A stretch of 64,000 bases of DNA, from positions 57,301-121,300 of the forward strand of contig CANGYF010000013.1 in NCBI GenBank assembly GCA_947458265.1. Direction: 5' to 3'. How positions within the stretch are numbered: the first letter of the stretch is position 1; every line of letters begins with the position of its first letter. A program made the position numbers and the translations under genes. The DNA comes from Betaproteobacteria bacterium (GTDB lineage: Bacteria; Pseudomonadota; Gammaproteobacteria; Burkholderiales; CAIKXV01). Below, piece by piece: positions 9,588 through 19,400 of the stretch. Under the pieces are notes generated by a model. That model did no database searches and was not told the DNA's origin. It worked only from the letters and a program-made list of their open reading frames with translations.

Positions 9588-9607
9588 GGTGTTACGAAGG
9601 TAACACC
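9588..9607 (-). promoter_or_regulatory. Perfect 8-bp inverted repeat (GGTGTTAC-gaag-GTAACACC), candidate antitoxin operator
   Basis: The repeat was read directly from the sequence. It lies 20-39 nt upstream of the RHH antitoxin start codon. Confidence 0.35.
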
Positions 9608-9647
9608 GCCACCCTGCAGTGACAAGTCGGGGCATGCCGACCTCATT

Positions 9648-11378
9648 TCACGCGCGCGGCACCACCCCCCGCGTCGGCGCCCGCATGAACGCGAAATCCA
9701 CGCCGCGCTCCGCCTGCTCGATGTCTTCCATGTACAGCTTGCGATAGCCGCGCCGGTCCTCCGGCTTCGGCTCCGGCGCAACCCAGGCGGCACGACGCGT
9801 TGCCAGTTCCTCGTCGCTGACCAGCACGTCGATGCGCCGCCCCGCGGTATCCAGCCGGATGCGATCGCCATTGCGCACCAGCGCCAGCGGTCCACCCACC
9901 GCCGACTCCGGCGACACATGCAGCACGATGGTGCCGAAGGCAGTGCCGCTCATCCGCGCATCGGACACGCGCACCATGTCCTTCACGCCCTGCTCCGCGA
10001 GCTTCTTCGGGATCGGCAGGTAGCCGGACTCGGGCATGCCGGGCACGCCCTTCGGACCCGAGTTCTGCAGGACCAGGATGTCATCGGCCGCCACGTCCAG
10101 CGCCGGGTCGTCGATACGCTCGGCCAGGTCGGCCAGCGACGAGAACACCACCGCCCTGCCCTCGTGCTGCAGCAGCGGCTGCGAAGCGGCGCACTGCTTG
10201 ATGATCGCGCCGTTGGGCGCGAGGTTGCCGCGCAGCACGACCATCGCGCCGTCCTTGTAGACGGGATCGTCGAACGCATGGACCACCTTCTGGTCCCATC
10301 CGGGCGGCGCGGCATCGAGGTTCTCGCCCAGCGTGCGGCCGGTGACCGTCAATGCATCCAGGTTCAGCAGCGGCTTCAACTGGCGCATGATCGTCGTCGC
10401 GCCACCGGCTCGGTACAGGTCTTCCATGTAACCCTGCCCGGTCGGCTTCAGGTCGACCAGCACCGGCGTCTTGCGTCCCATGCGGTCGAAACCGTCGAGG
10501 TCGAGTTCGAAGCCGAGCCGTGCCGCGATCGCGGCCATGTGGATCAACGCATTGGTCGAACCACCGACCGCGAGCAGCATCGTCAGCGCATTCTCGAACG
10601 CGGCCTCGGTCATCACCTTGTCCGGCGTGAGTCCCTCGGCTGCGATCGCCACCGCCCGCGCACCGGTCTCTTCGGCATTTCGGATACGGTCGGCCATCAC
10701 CGCCGGGATCGCCGCCCCGCCCGGGATCATCATGCCCATCGCCTCGGCGCAGCAGGCCATCGTGCTCGCCGTGCCCATCACCATGCAGGTACCGGCGGTC
10801 GGGCAGAGCTTCTCCTCGATCTCGCCGATCTCGCGAGCATCGATCTCCTTGCCACGGTACTTGCCCCAGAAGCGGCGGCAATCAGTGCAGGCGCCCAGTC
10901 GCTCGCCCTTGTGGTCGCCGGTCATCATCGGGCCGGTCACCATCAGCACCGAGGGTACGTTTGCGCTGGCCGCGCCCATCAGCAGCGCCGGCACCGTCTT
11001 GTCGCAGCCACCGATCAGCACGCAGGCGTCCATCGGCTGCGCGCGGATCATCTCTTCCGTGTCGATCGCCATCAGGTTGCGCAGGTACATGCTGGTCGGG
11101 TGCGCGAACGATTCGTGCAGCGAGACCACCGGGAACTCGATCGGCAGGCCACCGGCGAGCATCACGCCGCGCTTGATGCCCTCGATCAGGTCGGGCACGT
11201 TGCGGTGGCAGGCGTTGTAGCCGGAGAAGGTGTTCGTGATGCCGATGATCGGCCGGCTCAGCGAATCTTCGGTATAGCCCATCGCCTTGATGAAGGCCTT
11301 GCGCAGGAACAGCGAGAAGCCCTGGTCGCCATAGGCGGTCAGGCCCTTCTTCATGCCGCGGGGTTTTTCGTCTGCCAT
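9648..11378 (-). CDS. IlvD/Edd family dehydratase (dihydroxy-acid / sugar-acid dehydratase)
   Basis: The start is MADEKPRGMKKGLT at 11378. The blocks NTFSGYNACHRN, IGGCDKTVPA, CPTAGTCMVMGTA and RMSGTAFG are present. Length is 576 aa. The remaining 421 upstream codons of the 997-aa ORF are an artefact. Confidence 0.9.
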   Translation of the reverse strand: MADEKPRGMKKGLTAYGDQGFSLFLRKAFIKAMGYTEDSLSRPIIGITNTFSGYNACHRNVPDLIEGIKRGVMLAGGLPIEFPVVSLHESFAHPTSMYLRNLMAIDTEEMIRAQPMDACVLIGGCDKTVPALLMGAASANVPSVLMVTGPMMTGDHKGERLGACTDCRRFWGKYRGKEIDAREIGEIEEKLCPTAGTCMVMGTASTMACCAEAMGMMIPGGAAIPAVMADRIRNAEETGARAVAIAAEGLTPDKVMTEAAFENALTMLLAVGGSTNALIHMAAIAARLGFELDLDGFDRMGRKTPVLVDLKPTGQGYMEDLYRAGGATTIMRQLKPLLNLDALTVTGRTLGENLDAAPPGWDQKVVHAFDDPVYKDGAMVVLRGNLAPNGAIIKQCAASQPLLQHEGRAVVFSSLADLAERIDDPALDVAADDILVLQNSGPKGVPGMPESGYLPIPKKLAEQGVKDMVRVSDARMSGTAFGTIVLHVSPESAVGGPLALVRNGDRIRLDTAGRRIDVLVSDEELATRRAAWVAPEPKPEDRRGYRKLYMEDIEQAERGVDFAFMRAPTRGVVPRA

Positions 11379-11624
11379 CTCGATGTCGTCCGTGGTGTGT
11401 GGCGACAAGTGTAACGCCAGCGTCAGGCCTGCTGTGGGGTGCGGCGGCGACAGGTGGCGCGAGTCGCAACGGGTGCGCATGATGCCGCGCGGACCGATGG
11501 ACATCACCGCGCGTCTGTGACAGCGCCACACGCGATACCGTAGACTCCAGCGGAGCGCGTCTCCGCCACGCGATGATCCGGTTCCCCTCACTCCGACTCG
11601 ACTGAGCGCTTTCCCACCTCGTCC

Positions 11625-13601
11625 ATGCGCGAACCAGCCTCGCCGATCCTGATGCTGGCCCGCAGCGCGAGCGACCTTGTGCTGCACCTGCTGGGCCTGC
11701 GCGGTGCAAGCCTGCAGCGCCCAGCCGAGCGGCGGCAGCACCTGCTCACGGCCGTCGCGTTCGGGTTGCCCCTGTCGCTGGGCTTCGCTCTCTTCAACCT
11801 GTACACCGGCTTTATCGTGCTGGCCGCGGTCGAGGCGCTGGCGAGCCTGCTGCTGCTTTCGGCGCTCTGGCTGCTGCGCCGCGGCGAGCGCGCGCTTGCC
11901 TGGGCGGAGTCGATCACGCTCGTCTGGGGGGGCAGCATCTCCTGCGCACTGGTAGTGTTCGGCGGCATAGAGGGCAGCGGGGCGTTGTGGATATTCGCTT
12001 ACCCCTACCTGGCGTTCTTCCTCAAGCCGCACGGCACCGCCTGGCTGATCAGCCTCGCCTGGCTCTCCAGTTGTGTTCTGCTGCTCGCAGCAGGCGATGC
12101 GATTCCAGCGGCATGGCCGTACTCCGACATGTACAAGGGGCAGATGGCAGGCGCCCTGCTGTTTGCCACGCTGGTGGCCGCAGCGTTCAACCTGGCGCGG
12201 GTTCGCTTCGCCCAGCAGCTCGAGCAGCGCGTGGCCGAGAATACGGAGAAAGCACGCGCCTACCTCGAGGAGCTGCAGTATCTCGCCACCCGCGATGCCG
12301 TCACCGCGCTGCCCAACCGGGCCGGTCTGTTGCAGTCGCTGGAGGACACCCTCGCCGCCTGCGACCCGGCGCGGGAGGTGGTCATCGCCATCAGCCTGCG
12401 CGTGGAGCGGTTCCCCGAGACGCTCAACGTGATCGGCGAGGAGGCCGGCGATCGCCTCGCGCGCCACATCGCCGGCGCGCTCGCGCTGCACCTCGATGCC
12501 GACGGCGTTCTGGGCCGCACTCGCGCCGACGAATTCGTCGCCTTCCAGCGTGCAGAGCGCGATCCGGCGACCCCCGAGCGGGTGATGACCGCGTTGCACG
12601 GCATCTCGCTCAGTTTCACCATCGACGGGCTGCCGGTGCACTTAGACCACATCGTGGGCTGCGCGGTCTTTCCCGAGCATGCGACCAGCGCTGACGACCT
12701 CCTGCGCCGCGCCGAACAGGCGATGATGCAGGCGCGCGCGCGCCGGGTCAGCCTGTGGCGCTACGACGACAAGCTCGACCAGGCCTTCCACCGCAGCACC
12801 CGCCTGTTCGGGGAGCTGCGCGAGGCCCTGGCGCGCGATGCACTGGAGGTATGGTTCCAGCCGCAGCACTGCCTGCAGACCGGCCGCGTGGTCGGTGCAG
12901 AGGCGCTGGCGCGCTGGCCACGCGCCGACGGCACCTTCGTCTCGCCGGGCGAATTCATCCCGGTGGCAGAGCAGTCGGGACTGATCAAGCCGCTGTCCGA
13001 TCTCGTCCTGCGCCGTTTCTTCGATGCAGCCACGTCATTCCACGGTCGTGGCCTACAGCTGCGCTGCTCGGTGAATCTGTCGGCGCGCAACCTCACCGAT
13101 CCCGATACGCTCGAGTTGCTGCGCCGGCTGCTCGACGAGTCAGGCCTTCCGCCCGCGCAGATCGTGGTCGAGCTGACCGAATCCTCCTTCGCCGACGATC
13201 CGCAGCACCTGATGCGTACCGCGCATGCGCTTCGCTCGCTCGGAGTGTGGCAGTCGATCGATGACTTCGGCACGGGATATTCCTCCCTGGCCTATCTTCG
13301 CGACCTTCCCGTGGACGAGTTGAAGATCGACCAGGTCTTCGTCCGCAACCTCGCCGAAGGCAGCCGATCGGCTCCTCTGGTCGAGGCCATGATCCGGCTT
13401 GCGCACACCCTGGGCCTGGAGGTCGTGGCCGAAGGCATCGAGGAGCAGACCGCCGAGCGGTTCCTCGCCGACCGGGGCTGCGATACCGGACAGGGATTCC
13501 TGTACGCGCCGGCGATGCCGCCCAACCTGTTCATCGATTACGTGCGCAGTTCGACTGCGCGCAAACCGCGGCCGCCTGCGTCGGTCAGCTCAGAGGGCTG
13601 A
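11625..13601 (+). CDS. Membrane-anchored GGDEF(degenerate)-EAL domain protein, probable c-di-GMP phosphodiesterase
   Basis: The N-terminal roughly 190 aa are hydrophobic, with multiple TM helices. The GGDEF position reads RADEF (LGRTRADEFVAF). The EAL domain has EALARW, NLSARN, ELTES, DDFGTGYSSL, KIDQ, EGIE and QGF all present. Confidence 0.85.
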   Translation: MREPASPILMLARSASDLVLHLLGLRGASLQRPAERRQHLLTAVAFGLPLSLGFALFNLYTGFIVLAAVEALASLLLLSALWLLRRGERALAWAESITLVWGGSISCALVVFGGIEGSGALWIFAYPYLAFFLKPHGTAWLISLAWLSSCVLLLAAGDAIPAAWPYSDMYKGQMAGALLFATLVAAAFNLARVRFAQQLEQRVAENTEKARAYLEELQYLATRDAVTALPNRAGLLQSLEDTLAACDPAREVVIAISLRVERFPETLNVIGEEAGDRLARHIAGALALHLDADGVLGRTRADEFVAFQRAERDPATPERVMTALHGISLSFTIDGLPVHLDHIVGCAVFPEHATSADDLLRRAEQAMMQARARRVSLWRYDDKLDQAFHRSTRLFGELREALARDALEVWFQPQHCLQTGRVVGAEALARWPRADGTFVSPGEFIPVAEQSGLIKPLSDLVLRRFFDAATSFHGRGLQLRCSVNLSARNLTDPDTLELLRRLLDESGLPPAQIVVELTESSFADDPQHLMRTAHALRSLGVWQSIDDFGTGYSSLAYLRDLPVDELKIDQVFVRNLAEGSRSAPLVEAMIRLAHTLGLEVVAEGIEEQTAERFLADRGCDTGQGFLYAPAMPPNLFIDYVRSSTARKPRPPASVSSEG

Positions 13602-13609
13602 GGTCTTTC

Positions 13610-16378
13610 TCAGCGCGAAGCGGCGCCGCTTCGTACCCCGCCTTCGCTCTCGTCGATCAGTGATCGCGCAAGCTCGCGATCCACCGGCAGGACAAGTCGT
13701 TCGGCGTCGCGCGCTGCCGCGCTCCACAGCGCACGGGCGCGTCCTGACCGTCCCGCCAGCGCCTCGAGCCGCCCGCGAGCGATCAACAGCGCCGGCCGCG
13801 CCACCTGCACATGGCGGGCAAATCGGGCAAAGGCGTCGAGCGCGTGGCGCGCCTGCGCGAGCGCATCTCGCCGCCGCAAGCGGGATTCACGCATCGGGGT
13901 CGCCGCGGCCTCCGCCGAGGCGACCGCAGCAAGCGCGACGCGGGTGTCGAGCGCCGCCCGCGCACCGCCGAGAACGGAGAAGCTCACCGGAAGCCTATCG
14001 CGAAGCATCTGCAGCGCGAGGCTCGCCGTCTCGCCCGCGCCCGGGTCAGCCTCTGCGAGCATTACCGCCGAGAGCAACCCAGCCCGTTCGATGTCGGCGA
14101 GCCCGTCGTGTGCCGGAACCGGCACGCCCTCGAGGTGACGGCGGGCTTCGCGCACATCGCCACGAGCCCAGGCTGCGCGTGCGAGCCCCAGCTGGCCCCA
14201 GCCCAGGCTCTGCGCATCCGTGCGCTCCTGTGCGATCCGGCACAGGCGTTCATACCAGCGGCGCCCCGCCTCCTGGGCCCCGGCACGACTGCGCAGCAGG
14301 CCCAGCATGAGCGCGGCTACCGATGCCCAACGGCCATCCCCGACGCGGCGCGCAAGGCGGTAGGCCTCCAGGGCGTCGACCACCGCGCGCTCGCCTCCGG
14401 AGGCATTGGCGCGGTACATCGCGGAGAACAGGAGCACCTGCACGAGCGTGGCCGGATCGCCGCCGCGCCGGGCCGCCTCGATCGCGCGCTCGGCGCGGCG
14501 CAGCGCAGCCTGTTGCAGGCCGAGCGCGCCGCAGCCGGTGGCGATCGCTGCGTCGATGATGGCCGACTCGCGCCCCGGGGAGGACCGTCCGACCACGCGC
14601 AGGCAACGCAGGGTCGCCCAGGTCATCAGTGGCGTATCCACGCGCAGGTAGGCGGTGTTCGAGAGGCGGATCAGGGCGACAGCGATGTCGCGCTCCTTGA
14701 CGCTCGCCGCCCGGCTACGCCGGCCGACCGACGGCAGACGCAAGCCGAACACCGCAGCATCGCGCACCGCCGAGGCGAGTCGCCAGCTGCGGGACTGCGG
14801 CACGCGGTGGCCCGCGAGGTCGAGCGCTGCGCTCAGGTCGCGCTGCGCGCCCGCGAGGTCGCCCAGTTGCAGCTCGCTGTAGCCACGAAGGCGCAGGCAC
14901 TCGACCCGCGCTTGATCGACGCGGTCGCGATCGACGCCGGGGAAGGTGCCGCCGTCGGACTCCAGCCATTCGACGGCCTCACCGAGATGGACGACCGCTT
15001 CGGCGTGCGCATACCGCTGCATCGCCTCGCGACCCGCGGTACGCAGCCAGTCCACCGCACGCCACGCCTCGCCAGCGCAGCGCCAGTGATCGGCGATCCG
15101 CGCGGCTACCGTATCGTCGCCGGCGCGCGCGCTTGCCTCCGCGACGGAGGCAGCCGCCGCGTGCAGCGCGCGATACCGGGCCGGATCGGCCGCGGCGACC
15201 ACGGCCCGGCGAAGATAGCCATGACGAAACCGGTAGGTCATTCCGCCAGCCTCGGGCTCGATGAGGGCACGCTCGACGCAGGCGGCGAGCGACGCATCCA
15301 CCGCCGCAGCGTCTGTCCCACCCACCAGGGCGAGCCACTGCGCCGTGAACGGGCCATGCGCGACGCTGGCCGCGAGGAGAAGGTCGCACTCTGGGGCCGA
15401 CAGTCGCTGCAGTCGCGCAGCCAGCAGACCGTTCAGGTCGTCCGCGCGGCTCACGCCGAGCAGCGGGTCGAGGCGGTTACCCGCCGCGAGGCAGGCGTGG
15501 CCATCGCGCACGACGATCTGCCCGCGCTCGAGGAGCAGCCGCAGCAGCTCGACCGCGTGCAACGGAAAACCCGAGGACGCCTCGCCGATGGCCTCGCGTA
15601 ACGCCTGGGAGGGTGGCACGTTGCCGAGCACCGGTCCGAGCAGTCGCCCGAGGTCCGCCTCCCCGAGCGGACCGAGCACGCGATTGATCGTGCCCTCGTC
15701 GCGCAGCAACCGGTCCGAAGCCGTGGTGAGTGTCTGCAGACCCAGCACCACCAGCAGTCCGGAGGTGCGCGTGCGGACCCGCTCCAGCAGGCGCCAGGAT
15801 GCGGAATCCATCCAGTGCGCGTCGTCGATCGCCAGCACGAGCCCGGTCTCGCCCGCCGCCCGCCCGACCAGGTCGCCGACCAGATCGGCCAACGCGTCGG
15901 CGCGTCCTTCCGGTGAGAGCGCCTCGCTGCGCGCGGTCTCGGGCAGACCGGTGACCAGCAGGTCGCCGAGTACCGGCAGTAGCTCCCGCTGACGGGCTGC
16001 GTCCTCGCCCCCATCGAACAGCGCCTGAAGCAGCCGGCCCTCAGACCGTGGGCCGGCGGCCTGCGAGACCGTCTGGTGCCAACGCGCCGCCAGGGCGGGC
16101 AGCATTCCCGCGACCAGGCTGCGCCAGACCCGGTAGGGCACGTGGCGATCGGCCTCCGCGGCAGTGGTGCCGAACCAGCCCAGAGCATTCGCCGCGCAGC
16201 GCGAACGGAACGCCTCCAGCAGGCGGGTCTTGCCCAGCCCGGGCTCGCCGTGCACCGCGAGTCGCTGCGTCCGCTCTCCTGGCCTGAGGTGCCCGAGGCA
16301 CTCGGCAAACACCCGCTGCTCGATGTCGCGACCAGCCAGGGCAACCGCGCCGGCCGTCGGAAAGATCCTGCTCACCAT
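13610..16378 (-). CDS. STAND-type P-loop NTPase (AAA_16-like) with C-terminal TPR-like repeats; no recognisable effector or HTH domain
   Basis: Walker A is GEPGLGKTRLL near residue 45 and Walker B is LVLAIDDAHWMD. A long helical-repeat C-terminal region follows. The ATG at 16378 lies 33 nt after the upstream gene's stop. Confidence 0.8.
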   Translation of the reverse strand: MVSRIFPTAGAVALAGRDIEQRVFAECLGHLRPGERTQRLAVHGEPGLGKTRLLEAFRSRCAANALGWFGTTAAEADRHVPYRVWRSLVAGMLPALAARWHQTVSQAAGPRSEGRLLQALFDGGEDAARQRELLPVLGDLLVTGLPETARSEALSPEGRADALADLVGDLVGRAAGETGLVLAIDDAHWMDSASWRLLERVRTRTSGLLVVLGLQTLTTASDRLLRDEGTINRVLGPLGEADLGRLLGPVLGNVPPSQALREAIGEASSGFPLHAVELLRLLLERGQIVVRDGHACLAAGNRLDPLLGVSRADDLNGLLAARLQRLSAPECDLLLAASVAHGPFTAQWLALVGGTDAAAVDASLAACVERALIEPEAGGMTYRFRHGYLRRAVVAAADPARYRALHAAAASVAEASARAGDDTVAARIADHWRCAGEAWRAVDWLRTAGREAMQRYAHAEAVVHLGEAVEWLESDGGTFPGVDRDRVDQARVECLRLRGYSELQLGDLAGAQRDLSAALDLAGHRVPQSRSWRLASAVRDAAVFGLRLPSVGRRSRAASVKERDIAVALIRLSNTAYLRVDTPLMTWATLRCLRVVGRSSPGRESAIIDAAIATGCGALGLQQAALRRAERAIEAARRGGDPATLVQVLLFSAMYRANASGGERAVVDALEAYRLARRVGDGRWASVAALMLGLLRSRAGAQEAGRRWYERLCRIAQERTDAQSLGWGQLGLARAAWARGDVREARRHLEGVPVPAHDGLADIERAGLLSAVMLAEADPGAGETASLALQMLRDRLPVSFSVLGGARAALDTRVALAAVASAEAAATPMRESRLRRRDALAQARHALDAFARFARHVQVARPALLIARGRLEALAGRSGRARALWSAAARDAERLVLPVDRELARSLIDESEGGVRSGAASR

Positions 16379-16411
16379 GGGGGTCGGGGGCGTGCCGACA
16401 GGCCCTTGCCG

Positions 16412-19400
16412 TCAGCCACGCAGCATGACGCCCGGCTGCAGGACGAAGTCGAGGTCGCAACGCGCGGCGGCGAGCGCGCGCGCCGCGCCACCAGCCTCGA
16501 GGACAAGCCCCAGATCGGTCGCGATCGGGTGGCTGGCTACCCCGGCGAAGCGGACCACGTAGCTGTCCGGCAGGAACGACCAGCTGCGCAAGGGCACATT
16601 GAACGGCGCCGCCCGCGCGAGGACGAGGTGACTGAGCGACGAGGCCGGATCGCCGGACAGTGCCGGTACCTGCCTCAGGAACACGAAATCGAGCTGCTCG
16701 GAAAGCGCCGCATGGAGGAAGGCGAGCGCCGTCCTCGAACGCGCGCCTGGGCGGGTCGCCAGTCTGGACAGTCGCTCCAGGGCAGAGGGTCGCGTCAGAG
16801 GGTCTCCCCGCTCGCAGACGACCACTTCGGTCGGCTGGAATCCGCCTCCCGCGACCTCTCGGGCGGGCAACCGAACGGATAACCGATCCGGCTCTTCCAC
16901 GCCCGAGGGCACGTGCAGATCCGCCACCTCTTTCGGATAGCCGTAGTGCTCGCGTCCCGCCGCCACCGCCATGCCACTGCCAGCGAAGATGTAGGGAATC
17001 AGCATCGCGCACTCGATGCCGGAGCGCCGTTCGCGCACCGGTACCCAGAAGGCGGCCTCGTCGTAGTCGAACTCGCCCTCCTGCGGACGCGGCACGGAAT
17101 GCATCCCGCGCAGCGACTGGAAGGTGAGCACGACCAGGTCCGACAGCGGCTCGAACCGGAACTGGCGGCCGCTCGGGTCGTTGAGCGATCGGTCGCAGAG
17201 CGCCTGCAGCGCGGTCATCTCGCCCTGCAGGTAGAACAGGAACGCGCGGCCCTCGCGACAGCGCCAGGGCGGTGGCGGCGGATTGGCGGCACCGCGGCGC
17301 ACCGCGCCGGGTTGCACCCGAGCGAACGGGGAGGTCGGCGGAAAATCCGTCTCCCCGAACAACCGGGCCGGATAGCCGCCGATCGCGCGCGCGGCCTGCA
17401 GCCCGCCGAGCACCGCCGACTCGACACACCCGTAATTCAGACCGTTGAGCGTCCAGTCACCCGACAGCAACAGGTTGTCGAAGCCGGACTCATCGGCGCG
17501 AAGACGCAGGCGGGTCGTGTCCGCGCGCGACTGGACGTAGCGGGCGCTCGGATCGACATTGGCGGAGAACCACTGGTGCTCGAGGCGTTTCTCCTCGGGC
17601 GTGCCTGGCGGCGCGTGCAGCAGCCGGTGGTCGAGCGCCTGCGTCCCCGGATAGGTACCCTTCGGCCACAGTTCGCCCGTGTGCTGCACGAACCAGTCGC
17701 GCGCGCAGCGCCGGGCCTCGTCGAGCGCCCGCTCGCTGTAGTCGGCGGGAACCCCCTCGCCCGGGGGCAGCAGCCCGCGCGCGTCATCGGCCATCACGCC
17801 GCAGAAATAGGCGAGGCTCCGCGGCTCACGGCCATCGCCGTAGCCACGCGCCCCCCAGTTCTCGCGCTCGAGCAGCTCCGTAAGGTCGGCCCAGGTGTCG
17901 AACGGCTCGCCGTAGGCGCTGACCACCGGCGACGGCAGGTGCCAGCCCAGCTGCTCGAGCGTGCGATCGACCCACAGTTGCGCGGCCTGGGTCCTCACGG
18001 TCGCGATGCCAGCCACCATGTCCCGGAAGCGGGTATTCGCCGCGCACAGGGTCGGGCACAGGTACGCCAGAGCCCCCACCGGAACCCCGAGCACCACTCG
18101 ATCGAAGTCATGGCCCGCGCGCAAGGTGAGGGTCTCGACGTCCGGCCAGTCGGTATAGGCCGACTCGAGGTCGAAGGTACGGTCGGCGAAGTGCGAACGC
18201 ATTGCCTCGCCCTCGGCGAGTTGCGCCCAGTCGGGCAGCGAGGGCCACCCGGGCACCCCGCGGTAGTCCCTGAGCGGCTGGTACTCCTGCCCGCCGACGA
18301 TGGTCGCCTGGCGACCGATCAGGATCTCGTCGACCTGGCGGCCGGCACGCGTCTTGAGTTCGAGCGCCCGGTGGAAGAAGCGGAAGCGCACGCCGCGGCG
18401 CCGGAGTACCTCGTAGAGTGGCGCGAAGATGGTGTCACCCATGCCGGCGCGCATCTCCCAGAACACCGCGCCTCGGGAGCAGAGCACGAGCCGCAGCAAC
18501 ATGCGCACTGCGACGCCGGCGGCCAGATTGGGCCGCCGGGTGTCGCCCTGCTCGAAGGCGAACACGTAGCTGTAGGCCGACCTGAGTGTCGGGTGATCCA
18601 GCGCTGCGTCGCTGGCCCCGTGGTGCCGAAGCCACACGGACAGCTCCCACGCGTCAATCCGGTCGAAGCCCTCCTCCATCACGCCGTCGGCGAGCATTCC
18701 GATCATCATGGTGCACAGCAATTCCGCCTGGCCCAGCAGTTGCCCCAGCGGCGACGTGGACACGCCAGCATCGGCCAGTTGTCGCTGTATCCACCGCTGC
18801 ACCAGGCGCAGCCGATCGGCGAGCGCGCGAAACCGCGCGCGCGCATCGGCCGTGGTCACCCGCCGATCGCGCGCCGCAAGTGCATCGTGGGCCCGCCGGG
18901 CCGCGACGAAGGCGCGCATCACGCGCCAGGCGAGGAAGCCGAGCCCGATCCGCGACAGCCAGACCGACAGCGGAGCGCGTTCGCCGCCGGTGGCGTGGTC
19001 GAACATCCACTCACCGACCGACTGGCCGGCCGGCTTGCCGGCATCGGTCACGCTCGCGTGGGTCTGAAGGTAGCGCAGCGACCACGGAACGATCTCGCAG
19101 AACAGCTCCCATGGGCTGCGGACGTCCGGACCCGGGGATGCGTAATCGTCCGGGATAAAGTCCCCGGGCTGTCCGGGATCCTGCGGCAGGTAGCCGTTCC
19201 AGAATATTGCGTCGCCACGCAACTCGCTGCCGAGGCCGGCGAAGTGACGCGGCTTGAACGCGGTGTGCAGGGTCGCTATCGGGGCCGACGGCGGCCGATC
19301 GAGTTCGGCGAAGGCCTTGCGCATCATCCAGAACGCGTTCTCGTAGAAGCCGCTCCACAGGTGCAGGCCGTGCTCCTCGATCCGGTCGCCCCGAGCCTCG

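Noticed and set aside
11379-12641. N-terminal 421-codon extension of the IlvD-family ORF (the 997-aa version)
   Set aside because: The extension overlaps the GGDEF-EAL gene on the other strand and has no dehydratase similarity. The family N-terminus (MADEKPRGMKKGL...) begins at 11378.
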